Shown one piece after another: positions 47,790 through 60,239 of a DNA stretch of 64,000 nucleotides (its first letter is position 1; every line of letters starts with the position of its first letter). A program made the translations under genes and the position numbers. This DNA comes from Mobula hypostoma (Eukaryota): positions 12,836,001 to 12,900,000 of the forward strand of contig NC_086118.1 of assembly GCF_963921235.1 (NCBI RefSeq), in the 5' to 3' direction. Below the pieces are notes generated by a model. The model saw nothing but the letters and a program-made list of their open reading frames with translations. It had not been told where the DNA came from and ran no database searches.

Positions 47790-48008
47790 CACACAAACAC
47801 TAAAGGAACACAGCAGGCCATGGAAGGGCATAAGCCATCAATGTTTCAGCTGAGACCCTTCATCATGACTGATACTGATGAAGGATCTCAGCCCAAAGCA
47901 TTGACTGTTTATTCCCCACTATAGATGCTGCCTGACTTGCTGAGTTCCTCTGGCATTTTTGCCTGTGTCACTCAAGGTTTCCAGCATCTGGTGAATAACC
48001 TGTGCTTA
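47790..48008. mobile_element. Older fold-back PLE pLTR pair inside a CR1 fragment (~47490-48190)
   Basis: tgagacccttcatca-tgactgatac-tgatgaaggatctca inverted junction with two decayed hammerhead cores back to back. Confidence 0.75.
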
Positions 48009-49433
48009 TGACTTTCTGCATTCATTCTGTCCAGGCGTTTCATCTTGTGACCCCTCCCCAACCCTTATGAACGCGATCAAGTACAGGCCCAGAAATATCA
48101 AATTCTCCTCTTAAGCCCAGACTGCTATACTTGAGATCATTCTTGTGCACCTCCTCTGGGCACTCTACAGGGCTAGTACATCCTTCTATGGGACATCTCT
48201 GCTGTCAAGTGATTCAGGACGGTGCCAACCCTGACCAATCCCATGGCACAGCAAAACATCCCAGAATGGTGTCTGTGCTTTGCGTATTTTAGCTCTCCGT
48301 TAGCATAGAGTAACAATTTGCTACTGGTGGAGAACTGTCTGTCCTCAATTGCCATCTCCCTTTACCTGAAGAACAATCTGAGCCTGGCTAACAGTAATTT
48401 GGTCCCAGGTGACTATAAGCAGAGCAGATGAGAGCTCCACAGGAAGAAGAAGAGTTTGCATGGCCTTTCTTGTCACCTGAATGGAAAGAAAGCCTGATTA
48501 ATCAGTCAGTGTAAGGTGGAGGTGTTGGCACCAGATGGCACGGTAGAGCCTTCTACTTCCAATTCAGAGCTGGTACATTCTCATGACTCTGCATAAGCTC
48601 CAGTGTGAGGCTGGAGATAATCCCACCCCAGCGTTTGATGTTCCTCCTCATTTGTCCACCCTTTCCAGCACAAATATCATCTGGAAGCGATATGGAAGAA
48701 AACACAATTGCTCGGACATGTGGTCTGACAGAAGCAGGCAAGCAGAACAGCGCACTAGATGTTCCGTCGTACATCTGTGCTAGCCTCATGCTGCTTTATT
48801 CATGTTGATATCTGAGACCTCAGGACAGTGCTAAGGTGCAAATTTCTCCTCCTGTGAGCTGGTATATTTGGTTTTCTTTGATGCCAGCCTGAGTCCATCA
48901 ACTTGTGCCAGATTTTTTCCTGGTGAAGTGTGCCCCTCTATCTTACCCTTGCCGATGTTCACTACGCCAGTGTCCGAACCCATTCACACTAGTGTTAAGT
49001 TCAAAGATTATGTCTGGTTTTCCTCCTCCTCCTCTGCTGCTGCTGCTACCTCTTCCTCCACATCCCTCTTAATTGCAGATGGTAGGGAGGAGATGTGTCT
49101 GCACATCTGTCCTGTCCACCTGTCAAAGTGAAGACCTGTTCATCAGCCTGCTTATTACAAAGAGGGGCAGGTTGATTATTAATACAGGGGACACCATCAG
49201 TGAGAGAATGCTGTATTTTTCTTTGACACTAGATACAAGGGTTTATCTGGACAAGTACCCTTCTGAAGGAGGAGGACCATCTCTTCAGACTGCATAGTCT
49301 GTCAGGACAGAGATCAATGCCATTTCCTAGGACAGCTTTAGCCTGATAGACAAATGGAGAATATTATTGTACTGTGTTAAAATTGCTGCTTTTTTGGCAT
49401 GTGTGTGTGTCCGTGTACATTTGTGCATGCATA

Positions 49434-49449
49434 TGTGTGTGTGTGTGTG

Positions 49450-49519
<70 letters not shown>
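49434..49519. repeat. (TG)n(AG)n microsatellite
   Basis: Read directly from the sequence. Confidence 0.95.
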
Positions 49520-49730
49520 CAGATGTGCATACAAGGGTTTACATTCTCATATTTTCTTGATAGTGGGGTTGCAGAACTTTTTATATGTCTGTAAACTCCT
49601 CTTTAATGAAATATAATGTCCTTATTAGAATCCTATAGATATAATTCTGAAGCCTTTGCAAGGAATGATTTTAGACAACTTGGAAGTGCTTGAACATGGA
49701 CCAAGAGGAACACCCCTGTGATTTAAGTAA

Positions 49731-52700
49731 TGTAACCCTCTCCCAGGGTTCGCATACAAACTCAGTTTATTAGCTAACTCTGCTAATGGCATGCCAAGAA
49801 GCTCCCAAATGATCTGCAGCTCTATCAGGCCATAGACATGCCTGTGGAAAACTGGCACATTTGTTTAACACCAGAGGCACCTCCCACTCTCCATCCATTT
49901 CCAGCATCCCATGCGAACATCGTGACAACACATCTGCATCAATATTCCGACTCTGTAGCTGATATTTCAGTCTGAAATTGGAACCAGACAATGTCAGCAA
50001 CCAGCAATGACAAATGGCCTCAACTTCGATGAGGTCAGAATGTATGTCAGTGGGCTGTTATCAGTCCTTGACTTGATCTTGACATCATATAGATAGTCAA
50101 TTAACATCCACCATGGCCCATTTTAATGCCAGGAACTCCAGTCTGTGCATAGGGTAGTTTTATTCGGATGGTGGCAGACTCCAGAACTTCAGCTGATTAA
50201 AGCATCAAGTCTCAATCCTTTACCTTGGTCCTGATATTGAACACCACTTAAGACTTCATGGCTGGTATTGGTATGAAGCACATATGGTAACTGGCAGTTT
50301 GGAAAGGCCAGCAGACGTGCTTTAGTCAGCATCGCTTTCTAGCAAGTGAAAGGTCACCACGTTTTTCATCCCATCATTCTCCAAAAGGCTTCAAAGGGCA
50401 AAGATAAATATTGTCTTCTTCTCTCTTCGTTCTCCTCCCTCTCTACCCCAACTGGGGGGGGGGGTGGTTTGGTGATAACCACACAGAAACTGATTCAAAA
50501 GATGGCTTACTCTAGAGTATTCCTTCACAAATCTCCGGTAGTACCCAGCGAATCCAAGGAATGAATGTCGGGCGCTCACATTCTTGGGCCTTGGCCATGG
50601 GGTCACCACCTCTATCTCGGACAGATCAGTAACTACTCCATCTTGTGAGGCTGTGTGTCTGATATAGTTGACTGACATCTGATAGAACTGGCACTTGTCC
50701 AGTGACAGTTTTAACCCTTCAGCTTTCAGGCAATCTAGCACCTTCAGTAGCATCAGCTCAGGCTCCTGCAGTGTAAACCTGAACACTATGAGATCTTCCA
50801 ATTACACCAGTATCTCAGGCAAGTTCATGACCCCAACTGTCTTCTCCATGACATGTTGGAAAGTAACTAATGTTCCTGGGGCATTCTTTCAAACTGAAAG
50901 ATTCCATGTGGACATATAAATGCCGTCTTCTCTTTATCAGCTTCACTGATAATACCCACTACTTAGGTCTAACACACTGAATCATTTTGCTCCACTCAGA
51001 CAGGCCAGTGCATCCCCATTTGGTGGTTAGTGTATTAGTCAGGAATGTACATCAGTTCGGTGTCCGATAATTAATACTTCACATGCATACCTTCCCATTC
51101 TTTCTCCTCACCAGCACTACTGCTGACACAGAGGGATTCCTCGACTCAGTGATAATTCATGTTTCCTTCAGTTTCAGCAGATGCTGCCGAACATCTTCCA
51201 TGTCCCCTGGTACTAACCACCGAGACTTTCCAATGAAAAGGGTGTCCTCTGTCACTCGAATGGTGTGGCAATTACTCTTGGAGCAACCCACATCGAGCTT
51301 GTCATTAGAAAAGACATCTTCGAGCTTCAACATCTTCTCCGTTAGTCTCCTTTTCCATCCCTCAGGTACCGGTGAAACGCTGAAGTTAAATGACTTTGTT
51401 GTTAACTTTCCTGATCCAGGAAATTGTCCCTTTCCTGGTTTTCTCACTGAAAAACTAGACATTACTGTCACCAAGAAAAAATGTGGCATTGGCATACCAC
51501 ATCAGAGAGTGACCTTTTTCTCCAAGGTGTTCCTGAGAATTACTGTCATCCTGTTATTGTGCACAGCCGAAGGATTCTGCAGTTCAGGTCTCACCAGCAC
51601 TCCAGCAGGTAAGATTGACTCTTTGTCATGATCCTCCGAAACATTCACTAAGAGGGCCTCGGTGTCAGGCATTCTGGGGAATTTGTGATTTCCTGTCACT
51701 CTAGCCACTTCCCCAGGACATAACATGAGGGGTTTAGACCTGATGTACCACAGAGTTCATTGCTTATGCTCATCATCCTGCTTAGGAGGAACTTGCACCT
51801 TCTTAGAAGCAGCTCTGAATGGACAAGGTTTAAAAAAATCTCTCTCCTTTTTTCTCCTTGCATGCTCCCATGAGCTTTCTCAAAGGGAGTATTTGCTCCC
51901 ACAATAATAGAAGCTTCACCTTTTTCAACTGGACCTAAACAGATCAACACTAATGTATCAAGGGTCTCAGCTAATCCAACTTCTTCTTCTGAAAACTCCA
52001 ACTTCAACAACAAATAACCATCATATGGCTAATCATCAGTACTAAGGCCACAGATTTCTAGGACACTGAGTGGCATCAATGGTAAATGCGTCAAATACCG
52101 GTTTGTAAAAAGATCTGTAGAGTTGAGTGATCTGAGAACCTGCATAGAGTATGGCTCTAGCGTAAATACACTCACTCCGTTTGGATACACTCCAGCTTGG
52201 TCCCAGTAAGCCTTCAGGAATAGGATTTCGCATTTTAGTGTTTCCCTTGCTGCATTAATTGGAATGTTTTCTCTCCAAGACACCAAGCCATTCCATTACT
52301 GGGTCCCTCCGAAGTTTCCCAACTTCTTTCTTTGCTTATTTTCCGAAGGTTTTCCTGTCCTTCAGATTCCTGCTTGAAATGTCCATCCTCACCACAATTG
52401 TAACAGAAAATACCGACTGCTTTCCTCATCAATAGACTCCTATCAGCAGGAGTTCTCTGCTTAGTATGTCCTACTGGTGCATCCGGTATCCTATCGGAAT
52501 TGTCATACTTGGTGGTAGCACTAGGCAACACCGACTGTGATACCTCAGCTTGCAGGTCTTTCACTGCATCCTGCAAAACCACATTTGTGAGGCATCGGGG
52601 GCCGCTTCAGCCATGGAGACTACTACTGAGGACTTTGCCCTACCGATGGAGGCCCCCACTCCTCCATTATATTTTCTTCTTTATGTAAGAATATGGACTG

Positions 52701-53831
52701 CCTATGGCCCCACCTCTCCAGGTTCTCCTAACGTAGCAGGCAGTGCAATTTCAGACATGTGCTGGTCTAGCTTTCCCCAATACTTTTATAGAGCTCAACA
52801 CTCTGTGTAACAGCTCACTGGGGCTTCAAGTATCCACCCCCTTCAGAACACAAGCATTATTTGTAGCTAAACTCTTAGAATCATACCAAATGTTAATCCT
52901 TGTGGCAACCAAAATCAAGTAACTTAATCACTTTCCTCAACAATAGTTGAACCATTGGCTTAAACATACAAACCACTTAATCAATCCTAAAACAGCATTC
53001 ACACAGCATCTGAAATCCTAGATGAGCCCCTACAAAATGTATTCCTCTTACCAGGGCTCGCATAAAAGCTCATTTCATTAGCTAACTCTGCAAACAGCTA
53101 TGTGACTCAGGAGTGAGAAGGCCACCTTTCATAAACAATAAACTTTGAGAGTCAGTATGATCTGGGGTTCAACCGAACAGGAACATTGGGAATTCTGATT
53201 ATAGGTTCCTCAATCTGAGTGGATGCTATGTAAATACTGCCCATGCACAATTATCGATCAGCAAGAACTAACCATATAAAGTTATGAAGAAAGTGTATTA
53301 TCAATTTCAGCTTTATCAAACAGCTAAGATGAAAAAGAAGGGAAAAAAATAAAGAGCCCACTACAATTAAGCCAGCCTAAATGTGCACACAACATTGGAG
53401 CTTAAGCCATGTCTGTAATGGTTGGGTGTACTACTTCACTCACATCACTGAATTCTCATTACCAATCACAAATAGAACTTTTCTTCATGGACTCTTTCAT
53501 CTTACAAAGCAATCCTTGCATTAGGGTCTTTCTGTCAGATAGGGACCTCCAAGTGTCTTCCTGGATCCTCTCCTCTCCACATCTCCTGCCAAAAGACCAT
53601 GAACCTGGCCACTGTCCATCACAAATCACTCTCTGCCCAGCTCTCTCTAGAACCTTCCCCCATTACCAACATCCTGACTGGCTAACTCAACATTCCTAAG
53701 TTGAAGAACATGGCTCCTTATATTTAACCAAGACCAAAACATTCTACCAGCAGGACACAGTGCTTTTACAGAAAACAGCTGCGATTAAATACTTACAGCA
53801 TAGCAGTAGAAATCTTAACCAGGGCATTACA
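49731..53831 (-). mobile_element. Gypsy element with CCHC-bearing gag; 5' LTR 53038-53831, 3' LTR remnant 49731-49793, integrase deleted
   Basis: 4-bp TSD GTAA (49727-49730, 53832-53835); LTR-end homology tgta..ccaggg.tcgcata..attagctaactctgc; FCYNCGEDGHFKQE; LKLSLDKCQF..SFLGFAGYYRRFV; NIDADVLSR. Confidence 0.9.
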
Positions 53832-54879
53832 GTAAGAATGCCTGTTATGTGTTGGGCTGTTCCTCCTTGTGTAACTTAATTGGTTTGAACTGTGTGTCCA
53901 GACATCATTCTCTCCGATATTGAATTAAAGTCTGGCCGTTCAGTATAATTTGCTATGAATAATGAAATCTGGATTGTTAGAATTGCTGCTGGATGAAATA
54001 ATAAAACCCTATTGCAATGAGCTAGTTCCATTATCACATTGACTTTGAGACATATAACACCTGAAACCTGTACTGTAGGGTGATGTTTTCTAATGTTTCT
54101 TGTGAAATCCTGAGTTGCTTTGAATTGATGCAACTATCAGCACACAAAATCAAGGCAAAAGTTTACAAGAAATCCAAGTGCAGCCACAGAAGGCCTAGGT
54201 TGTCCATTCCAGCAAGAATTTGTGCAGTACTGTGGATTTTGTAACCATCTGAGTCATAGTTGATGATTATTTGAAACTATCAAGGAGCAAAAAAAGAAAC
54301 AGCTCCCTTATTACCAGGACAGAGTACGAGAAACTAAGTGCTTTCTACTTTTAACTGTCTCAAGTCTATGCCTCTTTTCATGTTCTCACGGGTACCAGAG
54401 AGCTATGCACTGGTGAGGAGTCCTTGGATCCTCCACCTCTGGGTAATTGGATCTACTTGCCTCTCAGGCAGCTGAACAAGAGACCCTTTCAACAATCTGT
54501 AGAACTACAGAGTTTGAAAGAAGCTACTTTGGAGAAGGATGTGTAGGCTTCCTCTCTAAATTCTCTTTTGTCTTGTTTACTAGCTCTGGAAAGTAGATGT
54601 CTTTGCCTGCCTGAAAGACGTAGACTTGATTGAGGGTGCTTGGTAGTTAAGAAGTATTTAAGATCAGATTAAGCTTTATCATGTATAACTAATGGCAAAG
54701 CTACAGACACACTGAGCAAGCCAAAGTATATAAAAAAAAGAAAAGTTAAAGATGAGCCAAAATCATGGCAGGAAAATAGCAATTTCTGAAGCAAACAGAA
54801 AGAAAAAGTAAATTAATTGAAATTTGCAGAAAGATTGATCCTGCACTATTTCTATAAGCTACCATCAGGCCTTTGGGAG

Positions 54880-57547
54880 TTTTAATCAGGGATGCATACA
54901 CTGGGGCTATTAGCGAACTGCAGAACACACACCCTGATAGACTGTTTATTGTCGCCGGAGATTTCAACCATGTGAATCTCATATCAGTGCTCCCCAAATT
55001 CCATCAGCATGTGGACTTTGCAATGAGAGGGGCGAACATGTTGGACCTTGTTTATACAAGCATTCCCGACGCGTACTGGGCGGAGCCCCGCCCCAACCTC
55101 GGTTACTTAGACTACATCTCTGTTATGCTAATACCAACATACAGACCGCTTGTCAGTCACTCCAGACCAGTTCAGTAGCAGGTGAAAACCTGGCCAGCAG
55201 GAGCCATCTCTGCTCTTCAATACTGCTTTGAGCACACTGACTGGCACACGTTCAGGGAGGCTGCAACCAATGGCGACTCTACCAACTTAGAGGAGTACAA
55301 GGCATTAGTGACGAGCTACATCGGTAAGTGCACTGATGATGTCACTGTGTCCAAAACCACCACTACACACTCCAACCAGAAGCCATGGATGACCACGGAG
55401 GTGCGTGCGCTGCTGAGGACTCGTGACTCCGCCTTCAGAGCAGGTGACAAGGCAGCCCTAACAACAGCAAGTGCCAAACTGTCCCGGGCCATCAGACAGG
55501 CAAAGTGTGCAAACGCCCAACAAATCCACAGCCACTTCCAGGACAGCGGCGACACACGGTGCATGTGGAAGTACATTCAGGACATCACCAACTACAGGAC
55601 AACATCACTTGCCTGTGCTGGTGATGTCTCCCTCCCAGATGAGCTGAACAACTTCTACACTCGTTTTGAGGCGGAAAATGACATGGTGACGATGAAGACC
55701 ACCCTTTCTCCCAATGACCAAGTGCTGTGTCTTACGTGGCCAATGTGAGGAAAACTCTATGCAGGGTCAACCCACGGAAGGCTGCTGGACCAGACAATAT
55801 TCCTGGCAGAGTGCTCAGAGGATGTGCAGACAAGCTGGCAGATGTTCTCACTGACATCTTCAACACCTCCCTGAGCAGCGCCGTCGTTCCAACGTGCTTT
55901 AAGGCTGCCACCATTGTCCCCGTGCCGAAGAAGTCTTCAGTGTCCTGCCTCAACAACTACCGTCCCATTGCTCTCACATCCATCATCATGAAGTGTTTCA
56001 AGAGGCTCGTCATGAGGTACATCAGGACCCTGCTGCTCCCTCACAGGACCCCATGCAGTTCAAGTATCATCCCAACCGTTCAACAGACGATGCCATTGCC
56101 ATCACCCTCCACCTGGCCCTCACCCACTTGAACAAAAAAGACACATACGTTCGAATGCTGTTCATAGATTTCAGTTCAGCATTCAACACAATCACTCCTC
56201 AGCACTTGATTGGAAAGCCGAGCCTGTTCGGTCTGAACACCTCCCTCTGCAACTGGATTCTAGACTTCCTGACTGGGAGACCTCAGTCAGTCCGGATCAG
56301 GAGCAGCATCTCCAACACCATCACACTGAATGCTCAGTCCACTGCTGTTCACTCTGCTGACCCACGACTGTACCTCAACACACAGCTCGAATCACATCAT
56401 TAAGTTCGCCGATGACACGACCGTGGTGGGTCTCATCTGTAAGAACGACGAGTCAGCATACAGAGAGGAGGTGCAGAGGCTAATGGACTGGTGCAGAGCC
56501 ACAACCTGTCTCTGAATGTGAACAAAACAAAAGAGATGGTTGTTGACCTCAGGAGAGCACAGAGCGACCACTCTCCGCTGAACATAGTCATAGTCATACT
56601 CATACTTTATTGATCCCGGGGGAAATTGGTTTTCATTACAGTTGCACCATAAATAATTAAATAGTGATAAGACCATAAATAACTAAATAGTAATATGTAA
56701 ATTATGCCAGGAAATAAGTCCAGGACCAGCCTATTGGCTCAGGGTGTCTGACCCTCCAAGGGAGGAGTTGTAAAGTTTGACGGCCACAGGCAGGAATGAC
56801 TTCCTATGACACTCTGTGTTGCATCTCGGTGGAATGAGTCTCTGGCTGAACGTACTCCTGTGCCCACCCAGTACATTATGTAGTGGATGGGAGACATTGT
56901 CCAAGATGGCATGCAACTTAGACAGCATCCTCTTTTCAGACACCACTGTGAGAGAGTCCAGTTCCATCCCCACAACATCACTGGCCTTATGAATGAGTTT
57001 GTTGACTCTGTTGGTGTCTGCTACCCTCAGTCTGCTGCCCCCCACCCCCCACAATAGAGATCGTTAGAAGCACCAGATTTCTCGGTGCAGAGAATCTCAC
57101 CTGGTTCCTCAACACCAGCTCCATAGCCAAGAAAGCCCAGCAGCATCTCTACTTTCTGTGAAGGCTGAGAAAAGTCCATCTTCCACCCCCCATCCTCACC
57201 ACATTCTACAAGAGGATGTATCAAGAGTATTCTGAGCGGCTGCATTACTGCCTTGTTCAGAAATTGCACCGTCTCGGACCACAAGACCCTGCAGCGGATA
57301 GTGAGGTCAGCTGAAGGGATCATCGGGGTCTCTCTTCCTGCCATCACAGACATTTACACCACACGCTGCACCCGCAAAGCTAACAACATTGTGAAGGACC
57401 CCATGAACCCCTCATACAAACTCTTGTCCCTCCTGCCATGTGGCAAAAGGCACCAAAGCATTCAGGGTCTCACGACCAGACTGTGCAACAGTTTCTTCCC
57501 CCAAGCCATTGGACTCCTTAATACCCAGAGTCTAGTCTGACACCAAC

Positions 57548-57605
<58 letters not shown>

Positions 57606-57987
57606 CTGAACACCACTTCATTCCCTTTGCAATTTTTGCTCATTTCTTTCTCAATTCCTGCTAAAACATTGTTTACGTTTACATTTACATCATTTATTAT
57701 TATATCGTAATTTGTCCTTTACTGTGCCTATTGTTTTGTTTATTAATTATTGTACTGTCTTACACTGTTTTGTGCACTTTGTGTAGTCCCGTGTAGGTCT
57801 GAAGTCTAATATAGTTTTGTGTTGTTTCACGTAGTCTAGTGTAGTTTTGTGTTGTTTCAAGTAGTCTAGTGTAGTTTTTTGTTGTTTCATGTCGCATCAT
57901 GGTCCTGGAGGATCGTTGTTTCATTTTTACTGTGTACTGTACCAGCAGTTATGGTTGAAATGACAATAAAAGCGACTTGACTTGACT
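54880..57987 (+). mobile_element. 5'-truncated Rex1/Babar LINE with frameshifted ORF, (CA)n in the 3'UTR (57550-57603) and (GACTT)n tail
   Basis: [66 protein letters not shown] followed by gacttgacttgact. Confidence 0.92.
56585..57050 (-). mobile_element. 3' end of another Rex1/Babar family with (GACTAT)n tail, nested antisense
   Basis: NRVNKLIHKA..NVSHPLH..SQRLIPPRCNTECHRKSFLPVAVKLYN. Confidence 0.85.
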
Positions 57988-57994
57988 ATCTTGA

Positions 57995-58300
57995 CATAGT
58001 AACCAATAAGGAGCCCAACACTGATACCTCAGACACCTGAGTTTAAATCCCACAATGGAAAGTTTGGAATTAAGTACACTATCTGATGATTAGAAAACTA
58101 ATCTTAGTAGTATTAGCTACAAAACCTACTGGATTTTCTTTAAAAAAAAATACATCTGGTTCAGGAAGTAAACCTGCATCCTTACTCATTCTGCGACTCC
58201 GCAGCCATCCCATGTAGTTGACTTCGAAGCTGCCCAACCAGCCATTTAGTTCAAGGGCCTTCAGGGGATGAGCAATAGCTGGCCTTGCCACCGATGGATG
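57995..58300 (+). mobile_element. Deu-domain SINE (SacSINE1/AmnSINE1-related)
   Basis: gagtttaaatcccac..catctggttca..aacctgcatccttac..gactcc..atgtagttgact..agttcaagggc..gctggccttgcca. Confidence 0.65.
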
Positions 58301-58804
58301 GAACTTGAAAGATGATTAGAAATAAACTGGCATAGACAGACCACATTCATATCTGATTATTGATGCGGCAGTTACTGAAGTTTATTTTTAAAACAACACT
58401 GATCTTTTAATTTGAAACTCCTGTTCTTGAAAGAATTTCACCAGCTGAAGATAGGTGAGTTCTGTAACCATGAAGGCACATAACAGGATTTCTGAGGTGT
58501 TGTGATGAGAAATGGAAATGGGTGGGGGAGGTCAGTACTGACCCAGCAAGCAGAAAGCAGAAGCACCCAAGGCTGAGAATGTGTGACTGTTGAGAGGGAT
58601 GGAGCAAAATTGGGAAAAGCTGTTAGAAAAAGTAGTATCTTGACCAATAAAAACCTATTCTATTTCCTGAATTGTCTTTCCTGGTGTTGTCTTAATCTAA
58701 TGAATGTCTGGGGTTTAAGTCTTGTCTTGTTTTGTCCAGAGCTTTGTTCACCGCTTTAGCTCAATAGCCTCATTCATCTCTGTTGCGTATTTAATATTTC
58801 ACTA

Positions 58805-59310
58805 ATATGATTATGATTATGAAGACACGTAGTCCTCCTTTATTGTTATTTAGTAATGCATGCATTAAGTAATGATACATTATTTCCTCCAGTGTGATAT
58901 CACAAAACACAGGACAGACCAAGACTGAAAAAACTGACAAAACCAAATAATTATAACATATAGTTATACAGTGCAACACTACCATAACTTGATGAAGAAG
59001 TCCATGAGCACAGTAAAGTTCAAAGTTTCTCAAATGTCCCTCATCTCACGCAGATGGGAGAAGGAAGAAAAACTCTCCCTGCCATGCTGACCACAATCTG
59101 ACTCTGAGTCATCCGAAAACTTCGAGCTCTGATCAGCTCTCCGACACTGAGTACTGAGCGCCATCTCTGTCCGAACAATTCGACCTCCTTCTCGGTCGCC
59201 AAGAGCAGGCAAGGCCGGGGATTTTGAGGCCTACCCTCCGAAAGATTCCCGACCACACAGTAACGACAGCAGCGAACGGGTATTTCAGAAATTTCTCCAG
59301 ATGTTCCTCT
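58805..59310 (-). mobile_element. 3' part of a young retroposon with a short tandem (ATAATC) tail
   Basis: CpG-rich body; minus-strand aataaaggaggactacgtgtcttcataatcataatcat. Confidence 0.5.
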
Positions 59311-59329
59311 GTAAAATTTGAGTAAAATT

Positions 59330-59528
59330 GTGAATAAATTGCTTGAGTATTTATTTGTTTAAATAATTCATTATAGGTATATGTAAAAATTTATGAATTG
59401 CACACATCATGATGCTACCATATTATATATATGCACATTGCTGAAAGTAAAAATGAAGTTAGATTCACATTCCTGGTCTCTTGTTTTCCTTTCAATTTTT
59501 TTTTGTTTTGAGTTACAAAGCATTACAA
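59330..59528 (+). mobile_element. Solo LTR related to the 43250/46742 LTRs
   Basis: gagtatttatttgtttaaataatt..gaattgca..agcattaca is reverse-complement-similar to 46742-46973. Confidence 0.55.
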
Positions 59529-60239
59529 TCTCCATATTAGAATACTAATGAATGACTTCAGTAGTGAATTAACACTTCCTTACCTGGTCAACAAGGAAGA
59601 AACAAGGTATTTGTGAATTATCATTCTTTTTAATCTCCTTCTAAATTATGACTGGCAGTAAATGCCAATTACACAAATCATCAGTCGGTCTGGCTCAGCT
59701 GTAGAGGTTATTAAGGCAGATTGATCCAGTCGCAATAAGCAGCATTGATAGGATCATTCAAACTCAGTTAGAGGCCAGATCTGTGTCTGAAATTGATGCA
59801 AATTGGGGAGATTAATTTGGTATTAAATGCCTTAGGGATCTTAAAAGCTAATACAATTAGATAACAAATCTCTTCAATAGGTTGTGTTGTTTTTGGCAAG
59901 CAAAATTCCAGATGTTCTGTGCTCTCGTACATTTGACCATATCGGTAGAAGAATTTTGTTAACTTCTTCTGGCCCAGTTCTCTGCCTCACTTGATCCATT
60001 GTCAGGATAGGATAACAGCAGTTATCAGGACAATGGGAAGTACAGTTGACTGGCTGGGATCACTGACCAAATCAATTACAAACTTCTTAAATTACTATTT
60101 TCTCTCTTAATTTGTATTATACAAGGACTAAGTGATCAATTGTGGGTTTCTGTAATTAGTTTGATTCACAAGTTTGTAGCTTTAATAAGGTAGCATCAAG
60201 TGTGGATGATATCAAGCAGGTATATCGTTCTTTTAAAGT

